From an uncultured Holophagales bacterium (GTDB lineage Bacteria; Acidobacteriota; Thermoanaerobaculia; Multivoradales; UBA5704): 64,000 bases of DNA. Of this stretch, positions 63,950-64,000 are shown in pieces. The stretch spans positions 576,001-640,000 of the forward strand of contig CAWJGT010000009.1 in the NCBI GenBank assembly GCA_963842525.1. Reading direction: 5' to 3'. Every line of letters begins with the position of its first letter. Within the stretch, counting starts at the first letter, position 1. The notes below the pieces were generated by a model. It was not told the DNA's origin, did no database searches, and saw only the letters and a list, made by a program, of their open reading frames with translations. The translations under genes and the position numbers were made by a program.

Positions 63950-64000
63950 GCTCCCCTTAGGGCCTGTCCCGAAATAACCTAGGCGTACTGAATTCCCCTC

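Overview
High-GC bacterial chromosomal segment, most likely Acidobacteriota (Thermoanaerobaculia-like; inferred from gene content, not proven). Conserved housekeeping blocks (pdxJ; tilS-hpt-ftsH-folP-cdaA-cdaR-glmM; sod, rpmG, tRNA-Met/Asp/Val; fmt-rsmB-HU; moaC-namZ; serC-like/serA/ddl; purB; arcA-argF) alternate with accessory segments. Many genes, including glmM and rsmB, carry single-base frameshifts, most simply explained as assembly indels. Two candidate peptide-signalling systems stand out. (1) A ComQXP-like locus at 9993-16683: two paralogous GxWIPW precursor peptides flank a ComQ-like isoprenyl transferase, followed by a PDZ/multi-TM hybrid histidine kinase and preceded by a REC-EAL protein. 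(2) Two secreted peptides with repeated D-x5-DPxG cores (4137-4460, 25195-25476) each lie beside large TPR-like proteins and share a 20-bp upstream DNA motif, suggesting an RRNPP-like peptide/receptor system. Also seen: a CHAT-ABC-ATPase-HNH (Septu-like) fusion, a promoter/terminator-bounded anti-Shine-Dalgarno sRNA candidate, an in-frame palindromic insert in tilS, two 21-bp-period repeat arrays and three toxin-antitoxin modules.
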